DNA from: the human T2T-CHM13v2.0 reference genome, Homo sapiens
Direction: 5' to 3' (one strand)
Assembly (NCBI RefSeq): GCF_009914755.1
Contig: NC_060931.1
DNA length: 64,000 nucleotides
Positions 40,101-53,231 of the stretch are shown in pieces; the first letter of the stretch is position 1; the number at the start of each line of letters is the position of its first letter. The notes under the pieces were generated by a model. That model made no database searches. It saw nothing but the letters and a program-made list of their open reading frames with translations, and was not told the DNA's origin. The position numbers and the translations under genes were made by a program.

Positions 40101-41800
40101 CCTTATATCACTATTGTTAAGTATTATTTTGCTTAGTGTTATGAGATATGAAATAGCCATAAATAGTGAAAAGGGGACATCTATTTTAATTTGATAAAAA
40201 TAGGAATATATATGTGTACAGTCCTAAGAGAATCAACCGAAAACTCAATAGCTTTTCTATATAAGAGCAATGACCACATATAACTTGATTATAGAAAAAG
40301 AAATTGATTTCATTCACAATATAAACAACACATAAAATATTTGGAAATTTTAAAACAAAAATGTCTGTAGCAGGTATGGAGGAAATGACAACATCTTCCT
40401 GATAATAATAAAATAAAATTTAAATAAATAGAAGAAGCAAGTGTTGATGGTAACACTGAATATTATAAAGATGACATTTATTCCCCCCCTTTTTATTTTA
40501 GAATTTGACAAAATGATTCTAAAGTTCATCTGGGAAATAAAGAGCTGAGAATATCTAAGACGTTTTTGACAAAGAAGAATAGCATATAGATGATTTTTGC
40601 CCTATTATATAGGTTATATAATATATGTAGCATATTATGCATTATATATAGTGTATTATATAATATATAATATCATATTATTATAACATATTAATATAAC
40701 AGAAATATACCATTAAAATATATGCATTATACATCATCATATATATGCATTGTATATAATTCATATATTAATATACTTATTTATAAATCATATTTAGAAA
40801 TATAAAATGTATATATTATGTATATGGCATATATATACACTTAACGTATACACACATATATATGGCATTATATATCATCACACTATATATGGTTCAAAAA
40901 TAGACCTGGAATTTCATTAGAACTTACTTTGACTAAAAAAAAAAAAAAGCAAGCATAATATGCCAATGGATTATTCAACTAATTATGCTCTAAAATTTGA
41001 TTATTTGGGAAGATGTGAGATTTGCATTTAATGCCATATACCCATTCAAATTCCAGAGACTATAGAATTATTTTTAAACTAAAATAATAGGAAATTTAAA
41101 AATGGGTGTATATGCATGTCTTTTTGTGGACAGGGAAGTGATTTCTTTTCATAAAAGTAATAAAATAAAACATAAAGGTTAAATATGACTGGATAAAAAT
41201 TTTAAAATCTTTTTTAAAAACTAACATTAATAAAAATCAAACGGAAATAACAAATTCTAGAAAAAATATTTGGGATGCATACAATTTGGAATCAGAATTA
41301 CAGCTAAATTACATTTTAATTTTCACTAATCTCAATGTCATCATCAATAAAATGGGGAAAATAACAATACCAGTCTTTGTTGTTGCAAGGTGTCAAAATC
41401 AAGTATGTATTTATAGCCCAGGCAGTGTGCAACACAATAAATGTCAGTTATTACATTTTTATAATTATTGCTTTTATAAATCTATATAAAGTTCAATGAG
41501 AAAAATACTTAGACCCCCAGTGGAAAGACAGGTAAAGGATGTGAGTAATTTATAAAAGAAGAAACTTAATTAGCTAATAAACTTGAAAAATTTAACCTTG
41601 GTAATGAGATGCAAATTAAAACATTAATAAAATGCCACTTTCCATCTAATAGGTTAGAAAAAAATTTTAAGGATAATACAAAAGAGAGGCTTTCTCATAC
41701 ACTGAGAACATAAATTTTCCACCACCTGATCTTGAAGGCAATTTGGCAATGGTCCACGTTCTTTTAACCCGTAATTTCACTCCTGAGAATGTATTTAAAA
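37150..41800 (+). mobile_element. Long, highly degraded L1M element (ORF1-ORF2-3' region), sense
   Basis: A-rich strand skew; ORF 39970-40194 EAFQLKSRLRQECLISLLLSIIL resembles L1 ORF2p [24 protein letters not shown]; gacaaaatgattctaaagttcatctggg; gagatgcaaattaaaac. Confidence 0.75.
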
Positions 41801-42597
41801 CTGTCAAAATTTTATTTTTTGTGTGACTAATTGGACACATCTTAAATCAAGAGATTGCCTGGTTTTTTGATAGCCCAGCCTTATCAATGAAAATAATTTT
41901 TACCATGCACTCTTAATATATTGATATTTATCTATGTAGTTCTTTTTATAGCATACATTTTTGCCACTAAAAAACACACACAAAATAAAATTACAAGAAG
42001 TGAAATAAGAGGAGAAATTCTAATACTTTCTCACTGTACATCAGTGCCCTGTCTCGCAACATCCCCTAACGTGCACAGGCCTCATTTTAAAGACCACTGT
42101 CCAAGACCTAGTTGGAAGCACATATTAGGCCCTTAATAAATATTTATTGAATGAAAAAGTGAATTATAAAAGCAGGATGCTAACTTGTACATGCAGTCTG
42201 ATTCTAAAAACACCAAGAAAGATAACAGAGATTATATATACACCTAGTACATGCATATATATATATATATAATTTTCATAAATGTCTACAGTAAGTTCCA
42301 TAATCCTAAACTAAAACTCAGGGAAAATATGGCTTTAAAAAATAAATGTAGACTGTCAAGTTGAAGAGCAATTTTGAAAGGTTAAATGATAGAGTCTGAA
42401 ATATAAAGAATATGAAATAAATAGCTCAAGACTCCAAATTTTATAGCCCAGAGGACAGAATAACAGGAACTCATGAAAAGTTTTCTTCTATTTAGAAGTT
42501 ACTACAAAGCTGTGTATTGCTGTGGCCTGCTTTCTTTGGAAATGCTGGGAAACTTGATAACTCTTCTTTTCTGATTCCTCAGAATGTATCTTTAGGA

Positions 42598-42785
42598 TAG
42601 GGGTTCCCACTCTTTAGCATTCATAAAAATTTTCCAAGGAACGTATTAAAAGCATAGATTGCTGAGCCCTGCCCTGTGAGATTCTTATTTAGCAGTTTGA
42701 GGAAGGATCCGGAAATCTATATTTAACCCCCTGACTCCCCTGGGGTTCTGATCCACAGGACCTGCGGATCACACATAAAAATTGT
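42598..42785. mobile_element. MER5B/MER5A-like MITE
   Basis: agattgctgagccctgccctgtgagattcttatttagcagtttgagg...ggaaatctatatttaac...ggttctgat. Confidence 0.65.
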
Positions 42786-43268
42786 GGAGAGTGGACCAAG
42801 CATCTGCCTTCTGTACAGAATATAGAACCTCTGCGACATTGCCCACTGTGGGTTTGAGTGGCTTAGAATAGTTGACAATGGGTGGGGAGGATTGAAGTTG
42901 AGACTTAAAAAGCACAAGCTCCTTGCCAGTGTCACCACAGAGCTAAAAGCTGCATTGAGACAAGGGCTCTTAGAAGCAGCGGTCCCTAAACTGAGGTCAG
43001 TACAAACCATTAGCAGCTGAAAAGGGGCTTTTTATCATGTGAGACTAGGTCAAAAAGCCCAGAATGCCAGGGACTGAGTGTTAGAGAAGAGACTTGCTTG
43101 GGAAGGTGGAGCAGAGGGCTTTTCCGGGCTGATGCCCAGGCTGTGAGGAAGGGCTTTCATGCCCGGAGAGTCCCGCAGGTGATATTCATTTTCTGACGAG
43201 CTCAAGACCGTGCATGGTTTTTAAGTCCCACTGGGAAGTGACAGATTTTATTTTAGCTGAAGGAAATA

Positions 43269-43708
43269 AAATTGACCCTTGAGCAGCACAGGGGTTGGGG
43301 CATCAATCTCCTTGCAGTGCAAAATCCACATGCAACTTTTGACTCCCCAAAAACGTAACTGCCAATAGCCTACTGTTGACCAAAAGCCTTACCAATAACA
43401 TAAACATTCGATTAACACCTATTTAGTATGTTATATGTATTATATACTGGATTATTACAATAAAGTAAGCTAGAAAAGAAAAGGTTATTAAGAAAATCTT
43501 AAGGAAAAGAAAATATATTTGCTATTTATTAAGTACAGGTGGATTATCATAAAGGTATTCATCTTTGTCCTCTTCACTTTGAGTAGGTTGAGGAGGAGGA
43601 GGAAGGGTAGAAGCCAGTTTTGCTGTTTCAGGGGTGGCAGATGCAGGAGAAAATTCACGTATCAGTGGACCCTTGTGGTGCAGACCTGTGTAATTCAAGG
43701 GTCAGCTG
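43269..43708. mobile_element. Tigger2a-like TcMar DNA transposon, 440 bp
   Basis: TIRs ttgacccttgagcagcacagg / cctgtgtaattcaagggtcagctg with TA on both flanks (43267-43268, 43709-43710). Confidence 0.88.
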
Positions 43709-44137
43709 TATTCAGATAAGTTAAAGTGGCTTTTTTAAGACTGCGCTGGGAGCTAGTCCAGAGTCAGGAAGAACAGACTTCAGTGATGTTAGGGACTCAC
43801 TCCCTTCCTCACTGGCCACACGTGCCCAGGGAGCTTTGGTAATAATCCAATTAAGCCTGACAGGCAAGAAGGAAGCAGCCAGTACTGGTTCTGCAAAGGC
43901 AGCTAAAGCTGAGAGATGATTTATTTGATTCTCAAAAGGAATTTGGTTGATATAAAGACCGTTGTGGTAAGATAGTAAGAAAAAAATGACTTAAATTTGA
44001 ATTTTCGTAAGATATGGGTTATTGAATTTTTTCCCTAGTTCTATGAGAATAACAGCTTTTTTATGGCCCAGTAAACCTTTTAAAATCTTTTATTTCTAAT
44101 TCAAAATGTGTCTAGTGCTTAAACTACCAGGCATCTC

Positions 44138-44182
44138 CCTCCACACTTCTGCTTTTGCCTCCACACTTCTGCTTTTGCCTCC
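44138..44182. repeat. 20-bp perfect tandem duplication
   Basis: ccacacttctgcttttgcct x2 (44141-44180). Confidence 0.9.
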
Positions 44183-44189
44183 CCACAAA

Positions 44190-45280
44190 GCAGCCTTTTG
44201 GAAGGCACATCAGACCTTGTCATGCCTTGCCCAAAACCCTCAAGTGGTTTTCTCTCATGATTGGAATTAAATTCCACGTCCTTGCAATGGCCAAAAAATG
44301 GCCTACTAGATCTGGCCATGGGCCACTTCTCTAGCACCCATGCCCACCCACTTCTCAGCCCCACCAGCCTCCTCTCCCCAAGAGGGCACTAAACAGGCCT
44401 CCAGCGCAGGGCCTTTCCCTCCACATGGCCTTGTGATGCTCACATGCCCTTCCCCTCAGGCACTGTGGCTGTGCCCACGGGTCCCTTCACTGTGAGACCT
44501 CTCTGATCGCCTTATGTAAGTTACATACCCACACCCCTCCAGGTCACCCTATGCCCTGCTTTGTTTTTGTTCATAATACTCGTTACTACTCAACATCGTA
44601 TTTACTTATTTCGCTTTTGCCTGTCTCTCCCACTGTAATTTTAGCTGCAAGAGGGCCCTGGACTTGATCTGTCTTGTTCAATGAGGTGTTCCCATCACTT
44701 AGAGGAGTGGATGGTATATAGCAGTGGTCCCCGTTTTTGGCACGAGGGACTGGTTTCATGGAAGACAATTTTTCCATAGACTGAGGACAGTTTCAGGATG
44801 ATTCAAGCACATTACATATATTGTGCATTTTATTTCTTGTATTATTATTACATTGTAATATATAATGAAATAATTATATAACTCACCATAATATAGAATC
44901 AGTGGGAGCCCTGAGCTTGTTTTCCTGCAACTAGAAGGTCCCATCTTGGGGTGATGGAAGACAGTGACAGATCATCAGGCATTAGATTCTCACAAGGAAT
45001 GGGCTACCGAGATCCCTCACACATGCAGTTCAAATAGGGTTTGTGCTCCTACGAGAATCTAATGCCACCAGTGATCCGACAGGAGGCAGAGCTCAGGTGG
45101 TAATGCGAGCTATGGGGAGTGGCTATAAATACAGATGAAGTTTCACTTGCTTGCCCACCGCTCTCCTCCTGCTGTGTGGCCCAGTTCCTAACAGGCCACA
45201 GACTGGTCTGTGGCCCAAGGGTTGGGGACCCTTGGCATATAGTACTCACTCAATAAGCATGTTGGATAAATAAATAACAT
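44190..45280 (+). mobile_element. L2 LINE 3' region, split by MER1A
   Basis: gtcatgccttgcccaaaaccctcaagtgg..., cctgtctctcccactgtaa...tgtcttgttca..., ctcaataagcatgttggataaataaa terminus. Confidence 0.75.
44722..45234. mobile_element. MER1A hAT-Charlie DNA transposon, 513 bp
   Basis: TIRs cagtggtcccc / ggggacccttg; 8-bp TSD gtatatag (44714-44721) / gcatatag (45235-45242). Confidence 0.9.
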
Positions 45281-45291
45281 TAAAAACACTA

Positions 45292-45531
<240 letters not shown>

Positions 45532-47823
45532 TTAAAAATGTATTCAGGGTTTAAAAGTCTATTGAGGTTGACTATTTTTATATCAAAATTTGGGCATTTA
45601 TTTCCTCGTTTATCTTAACACTAATTCGGATTTTTCTGCTTATTTTAATTCAAAAGATGATTTCTTGCTGATTTACTTTAACGAAGTATTCAGCAGGCTT
45701 GATTAGAGTTTTGCTTGGCATACTAAGGAAATAAGTACTCACAAGATTGGAACACCAAGGGCAAGACTTGCAGACAGAGCTCAAATCTCACAGGGCATCA
45801 GGACAGGAACCAGCTGCATGGAGAAAGGTAGATACATGGGCCCTTGTAGTTGAGGTATGAGAGAAAGTAGGAGAACCCAGCAATATTTCATCTCTCATTT
45901 GTGTTGTGGGGAAACAGAAAACTTTTCAGGCAAAGTGCATGCCCCTGTGGAGTTATAGTGCAGAAGCTCAGTGGAGTAGCATGAAAGAGGATTGATTGTG
46001 TAATGAGGCTAAATTCCAGCCATGGAGGATCAAGCTTTCTTGGGGCACAGGTACATCAGTTCATAGGAACAGACCTCGCTTACATATTAAAATTTGGGTA
46101 ATTCAGTCAGCATTGAGTTGTTGTCTTTCTTCAATCTATGATGCATTTTTCCCTTAAACAATTTGTCTAAGCAAATTAATGTTAGCAAGTGGATATGGGA
46201 TAAGCCCCTAAACCCACTTAACAGAGCCAATTGTTTATGAAGACTTCAGCTCACCTGTTTTTACATGCTTTTATGAAGGTGTCTTACTGACTTGTTAAAA
46301 TGGGTCTGATTTTCCCCTTGACAACACGTTAGCCATTCTAGGTGCTTGAGGATATTAAGTCAGCAATTCTTTACAAATACGCAGGGAGAAACAGCAACTC
46401 AGATGCTTCATCTGTTCCATCCAGCAGTGCCAATCTTGAATGGCTGTGTGGAAACCTCGTTTCACTGTGTGAGCTTCAGAGTGTGAGATGGTGGGTTGTC
46501 AGTTGCCGATTATCTCCCTAAAATGAGAAACAAAGCCTAGAAAACCAGTCAAAACTCCCTGCGTGGAGCGACATGTTTATTTATTAGCAACCATGATGAG
46601 GTCAAGACAGTGCTTCCAAGAGAGGGCATTGTGTTTGTGTGTGCACATGCCTAATCTACATACATAGAACACATTGCGTAAACATGATCAGGGTGCTAAG
46701 AAAATGTTATTACTGTGAAAGTAGACAGGCACAAAGAAGATGCCGAATACAATTACTCTCTTCCCTTTGCTGATGTCTACTAGATGGTGACTTTTTTTAT
46801 GGTAGCTAATGTTTCTAGATCTTTACATTTCTCATTGTCCCTAGCACAACACCTGGTACTGATGAACTGTCAATAAATATTTGTTGAATTGCATCAGTTT
46901 TGTCTTAAGTAGGCTCTGATTCAGAGCCATCCCCAATCCATGCAAACTAAAGAGGATGTAAGTAAATATTAATAAAGGCTGGCCTGGTTTTTTAATTGCC
47001 CTCAATTTCAAAGGCTAGAGATTTAAAGAAATATTTACTTAAGCCTCTGTTTATAGTTTGAATTGGAAACAAATCTGCAAAATATTTTTAATAGGGGCTA
47101 ATACAGATAGCTGACGGAATGGGGAGAACCTATTAAAAAAAAAAAAAAAAAACCTTCTAGTTCATGTTTTCCTGAGCAGCCAAATCCCCAGGAATGAGAA
47201 GATTTAGCTAATCTTTCCAATCACATTCTTCCTTCCTCCCCACCCCCATCTCCTTGGAATTATGTTATCTCTGCTCGTCTTAAAAGCTCAGAAGCCTTTT
47301 GAATTGGAGTGGCATTCAAAGGACAGTCAAGGGTCACCCTTGGAATATTAAAGGAGAGTGGATTACAAGAGAGGGAGGGACGGAGCAGCTGGCGCTGGGC
47401 GCAGCCGTGTACAGACCCAAGGCAGAGAACGAGAGGAAAACTCCATAGTATCTGGTGCTGGCCAAGAGAAAGCTGCCCAGACTGCTGGGAAGCACAGGAA
47501 GCAACGCTGGAGCAACCAAGCCACATTAGCAGTTCCCAGCGTGTGCTATTGCAGCTTGGGAACAGAGGGAAGGAAAACACTTATTGGTGAAATCAATTAG
47601 GCAGTGGCCTTTTGAACAGAAGTGGACTGGCTTATTTAGAGAATGTGGAGTTGTGAACCTTGTAGAATTAAAAGCCAGATACTGTTTTAATTCAGAGAGA
47701 AAATTCTACAGAATTTACAGCCTCCTGATAGTTACTTATTTCTTAAAATCATAAGATGTTAGGATTTATAGAGTTTCCTTCTCAAAAGACTTCTGAGTAA
47801 TTTTATTTTTAAAAATCTAAATT

Positions 47824-48253
<430 letters not shown>

Positions 48254-48619
48254 CTAAATTTAAAAAATGTCTTTCTTCTTTTATCTTTTATAGATATCAA
48301 TTCTTATTTTTGTTTTTCAAATGAAAGCAATAGATATTTAGTGAGAGTTTATTATGTGCCCAGCACTGTCCTAATATTTGAAGTGTGTGGATATAAAGAT
48401 AGTGTATCCTTTTTAGCAGTGGTTTCTTGTTGAATTTTTTTGGTGGGATGTGGGGTGGGGAGCAGATCAGGCAGCAGATCATGAATCCCTTTAAAATCTG
48501 ATGAAGGCTAAGGAGCTTCTCCACAATAAACTACACAAACAGTCACACTTTGTCGGAAGGGTCGCGGACAGCAGGGAGCAAGCAATATCAAAATTTCTTA
48601 TTATTACTAAGCAGTCGGC

Positions 48620-48790
48620 CTGCTATGAGCACTGTTTGTGAATTATTTATTTAATCTGCTAACCCATCCATCCCATGAGGCATATACTGTTATTACCCCA
48701 TTTTCCTCTCGGGAAAATGAAGGCTCAGAGAACTGTGCCCTTCAGTGAGTAGAAGGTGAACCCAACTACAGGCTCTTGGGCTCCAGTTCC
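48620..48790 (-). mobile_element. MIR
   Basis: atttaatctgctaac...ccatgaggcatatactgttattaccccattttcc...gggaaaatgaaggctcagaga. Confidence 0.7.
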
Positions 48791-49900
48791 CAAGCACCCA
48801 CTCTGGCACCGTGGGACTGGGGTGTGGGGCTGTTCGAGGTCGCAGGTGAGGCTGGCCACAGACTGTCTGTTATAGGTCAAAAGGCATCTCTTTGGAGCTA
48901 GACCAGGAAGCACCTGGACACTTAATTGCCACATGACAGAAAATTGTCTTAGCAATTTTACCATCATTATAATGTGAACAACACATTCCCTGGTGTTGAA
49001 GTGCCCGGTCCAATGTCACAGCCCAAGAAAGCTAGACCAGGCTCCAAATGGGGAGGGCCTGGCATGGTGGGTTGGAGTTCTGGCCCAACTCAGAAACTAC
49101 TCTGGAAACAGTCAAGTTTTGAGCTGGATTTTTAGGAATATTAGTCTGTCAGCAGGGGGCAGGATGGATTTTTGTATTTATTTATGGAAATCTGAAACCA
49201 TAAAGAGCTGGATGGTTTTTGAAGAAAAAGTTTTTCTTCTCAACTTTGTCATCAGAACAGAAGGACAGGATTAGATGTATACACATATTTCATGTAATAT
49301 TCATTTAAATAAATCTCTTCTTCTTCTAAGAAAAATCCTACCAAGAGAACACTTGTAGTAAAATCACGCTTCTAATACACTGTGTGTTTGATGATACTGC
49401 TCCTGAAGGCCACAGGGAGGCTGGGACCACAGTTAGTGCTGTAGTAGTGCTGGCAGTGGCCAGCTTCCCTCAGTGACATGAAGATGCTTCCAGCTGAACA
49501 AGGAGACAGAGCCCAAAGGCTGAGCCCTTGGGGCGTGGTCTCTGTGCACACCTGGGTTCCCCTGGGGCTCTACTGCCTTTGCTTTGTTGGACTAATCCCC
49601 GGACTAGCTTGGTAGTAGCTCTTCTCCCATTCAACTTCAGTCCTGGGGGAAAATGAGACTTTCCTTTTCCTTTCCAGTGTAGCTATGACATTCTTCCATC
49701 TTGTCCTGTGTTACAAGTAATGCAGTCACACAAGCTGAACTCACTTCTGTTTCTGGAAGCAGCATATGGGTCAGTATGTATGTGTGTGCAGAGTCAGAGA
49801 GGTAAGATAGCTGGGTGAGGCCTCGGCTTCATATTATGTAGTTTCAGACACAGCTGAATGTATGCTGAAAATATCAACCAAAGCTAACCTTTGCTCTGAA

Positions 49901-50029
49901 CTTCCCTTTTTCCTTTCCTTTCTCCCTTTTCTCCCTTCCCTTCCCTTCTCTTCCTTTCCTTTCCTCTCTCCTTCCTTCCATTCCTTCCTTTTCCTCCCTT
50001 CCATTCCCTCCCTTCCTTCCTTCCTTCCT
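49901..50029. repeat. Polypyrimidine/polypurine (TTCC/CTTC)n low-complexity tract
   Basis: About 130 bp, almost purely C/T on the + strand. Confidence 0.92.
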
Positions 50030-50100
50030 ATCAATCAACCAGTCAAACACACTTACTGAGAGCCTATTTTGTATCAGACATAGTGCCCAGTACTGGGAAT
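50030..50100 (-). mobile_element. L2 3' terminus
   Basis: tcaatcaaccagtcaaacacacttactgagagcctattttgtatcagacatagtgcc. Confidence 0.6.
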
Positions 50101-50180
50101 TTCAACACATGTCTGCCTGCCAGGGACTCAAACATCTCAGCTGTAGGGTCTAACACCTAAGTGTTTTGGAAAAGTAAATC

Positions 50181-50308
50181 ATTGATAGGTGCAGCAAACC
50201 CTCGTGGCACGCATTTACCTATGTAACAAACCTGCACGTCCTGCACATGTATCCTGGAACTTAAACTAAAAATAAATTATATTTTTAAAAAGAAAAAGAA
50301 AAAGAAAA
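50181..50308 (+). mobile_element. Short L1PA 3' end
   Basis: ataggtgcagcaaaccctcgtggcacgcatttacctatgtaacaaacctgcacgtcctgcacatgtatcctggaacttaaa plus A-rich tail. Confidence 0.9.
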
Positions 50309-50626
50309 TGGTTAGCTAACAGACAAAGTATCATGATTGTTATCGCATCTGTGATGCATTGCCAATATGCAATATGGGCAGATCTGTGGAACGCTTTCCT
50401 CAAGTACACTAAAGACTCCATGTAAAATAGATGGGAGGAGCCAATATGGTCTCAAAAACTGGGAGTGGGCACTTAGGTCTTCCCCTATCTCCCTTTGAGG
50501 TCCTGGAGGCACCTCTCTAAAACCCTCAGGGCTTCTCAGAGCAGTTTTAAAATGCTGGGACTAGAGAACAGGTCTTTCCATTCTGGAAACTATCTCACTT
50601 TTGCAAAAGGTTGCAAATGTTGAGAT

Positions 50627-50651
50627 ACACACACACACACACACACACACA
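50627..50651. repeat. (AC)12 microsatellite
   Basis: Seen directly. Confidence 0.95.
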
Positions 50652-52407
50652 TTAATTAACAGTCTCTGCTAGAGTTTTTAAGATGCTAGAAAGTAAGCTC
50701 TTTTTAGGACAGAGATCAGATGTTCTCTCTTTGTAACTCCCAAGCAACTCTACATTCAAATTGCTAAATGTAAATTCACTTTAATCTGTGTTGTATTCTG
50801 ATTAAATCCTGATAGCTATTTGAAGCCATCAGATTATGAAGAGTGTATGAATATAGGGTATGCGTATGCAATGTCAATACTGCTGTATAACCCCATTACC
50901 AAAAGACCAGATCTAGATGAGCCTGGATTGAACTCATATTGATGCTTTTTCACAAAGGCAGCAGAAATTGAATTGATGGTGCTATTAGGTTGTCAATACC
51001 AGTGTCTCCCTTTCTTCCCAGATAAGTATACATGAAGCATGGTTCATACAGTCATTTTAACCTCCTAGGGCCAAAGAAGCTGTAGAGGTTCAAGGTGAGG
51101 ATTCCGAGGAGGTGTGTCCAACTGTGTGCTAGATACTTTGTAGAAGTCCAGAACTGGCAAACTCCTGTCTGATTGATTGTTATGTTGTTATTTCAGTCTA
51201 CAGGTTTGCATTGATGAGCGGTTTGGCTTAATTGCTTGTCTGTGTTTAAATACAGCTGCATCTGTTTTCATTATCAATTGGAGTAGGCTCTAGAGTATAA
51301 GCATAGTTAAGAGGACGTGGCATTCATGGTGGGACTTGGAGAGGGATAGAGACCCTGTGTGGATACTGACAGGAGAGGAGGACACTTATCTGAGGTTCAA
51401 CAAAAAGACAAGAGACCCTTAAACTGCCCATATGTGCACACTCATTGTTAGTAATGAAATAGCATCCTGTTACACCGAAGGAAATCCTATATTTGCTGTA
51501 TTATTTTTTTTCTTTCAAGATGATTCTGGACATTCACCTTAACCAAATATTCCCTAGATAAAGTATTGGGGATTAGTGGGAATAGCAAATAGTATAATTT
51601 GCCTAGGACATCCTTTTAACAGAAGCTCTAGACCTTATTTTACCGTGTAACTAGCTTGCTTGCCTCTAATACAGTGTTCATCTGACTAGGGGTCATCACC
51701 CGGTGCAGTGGGTTGTGTTGCAGATGGCCTGGGGCAACACTTGTATGCACAACTATTAGGTTATTTTTGGTAGATAATGGTAGGCCACCAAAACTACCAT
51801 ATGGTTAGAGATGAGTGAGGGTTTGCTACATCGTCCTCAAAGCCTTGCATTCTGGTTATGATGAAAACAAGCTCTCAGACCAAGAGCTGCCACACATTCA
51901 GATATTTATTAAACACGTTTTTATTGCCAATTATTTCCAAACAGTTTACTTGACTTGTCTGAAAGCTTAATGAAGTCATAGTTCTCTGTCATTTTAGATG
52001 AATCTAGCATACCTTGCATGAAGGTTCATTAAGGTAGATATGGCAAAGTTCTAGGAGCAAGATCTATAAGCACAGGCAAAAACACTTGCTAGACCATTAA
52101 TATTCTCTGCTTGCATACAAAGGTGGGGAAGGTCTCCAAAATATTTTAGCCAATACACATATTTTGAATATGACTAATTTAACCAAATGAGAACCCATTT
52201 CTAACCTCCATTAATGCTGGTCAATAAGGTACTAATTCTACCCAAATTAATATAAATGATACTAAGCAGCAAAATGCAGGGTGAAGGAGTGGTGGTCAGT
52301 GAACTGTGTTTGTAGTGGCCACGCCTGGAATGTGGCTTTTGTGATTGAACGCTAGTATTGGAGCATGAATATCAATTAAGGCAACTGATCAAACCCGGGG
52401 CGGAGCT

Positions 52408-52472
52408 CACGGGTCAGCAAACTTTTTCTGTAAAGAGGTAAATGGTAAATATTTCAGGCTTTGCAGGCCATA
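52408..52472 (+). mobile_element. MER58A 5' fragment
   Basis: cacgggtcagcaaactttttctgtaaagaggtaaatggtaaatatttcaggctttgcaggccata. Confidence 0.75.
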
Positions 52473-52477
52473 AAGCA

Positions 52478-52725
52478 AAATCCAGGCTGCCCCAGAGGAA
52501 CAGATATGACCTTGAGAGAGGCAGCTACTTTCAGGCAGGAGCAATTCCTGAGAAAGGACTCCTCTGCTATGAGCCATTGAGGGGCAACATGCCTGGCTAC
52601 TGGGAAATGAGTGCCTTGGTTCTAAAGGCGCCATTGCACTCCAGCCTGGCGACAGAGCAAGACTCCTTCTCAAAAAATAAAAAATAAAGGGAGGATCTGG
52701 GCAGTACCCCACAGCATCCCCTACA
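52478..52725 (-). mobile_element. LTR16C-like (ERVL) LTR 5' half, split by a mini-Alu
   Basis: Reverse strand reads tgtaggggatgctgtggggtactgcccagatcc...aaggcactcatttcccag...ggaattgctcc...gctgcctctctcaaggtca. Confidence 0.7.
52629..52688 (+). mobile_element. Severely 5'-truncated Alu (about 60 bp)
   Basis: cgccattgcactccagcctggcgacagagcaagactcc plus A tail; TSD taaagg (52623-52628, 52685-52690). Confidence 0.85.
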
Positions 52726-52850
52726 GCATCTATTTGAGTCTTCAACTTCAATGATTTGGTGACTCGTGCTCCAAACTGAGAGTGTGGAGAGAAAAGTAAC
52801 TCCCAGTCAGTTAGATACCTTAATGTGGGAAGCGGTATTGTAGAAAATAG

Positions 52851-53231
<381 letters not shown>

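Noticed and set aside
40600-40890. AT-rich patch with local symmetry
   Set aside because: Degenerate low-complexity sequence inside an old L1, with no long perfect arms
47260-47600. Cluster of overlapping ORFs on both strands
   Set aside because: Locally higher GC gives fewer stops; no recognisable protein similarity or convincing splice-site pair
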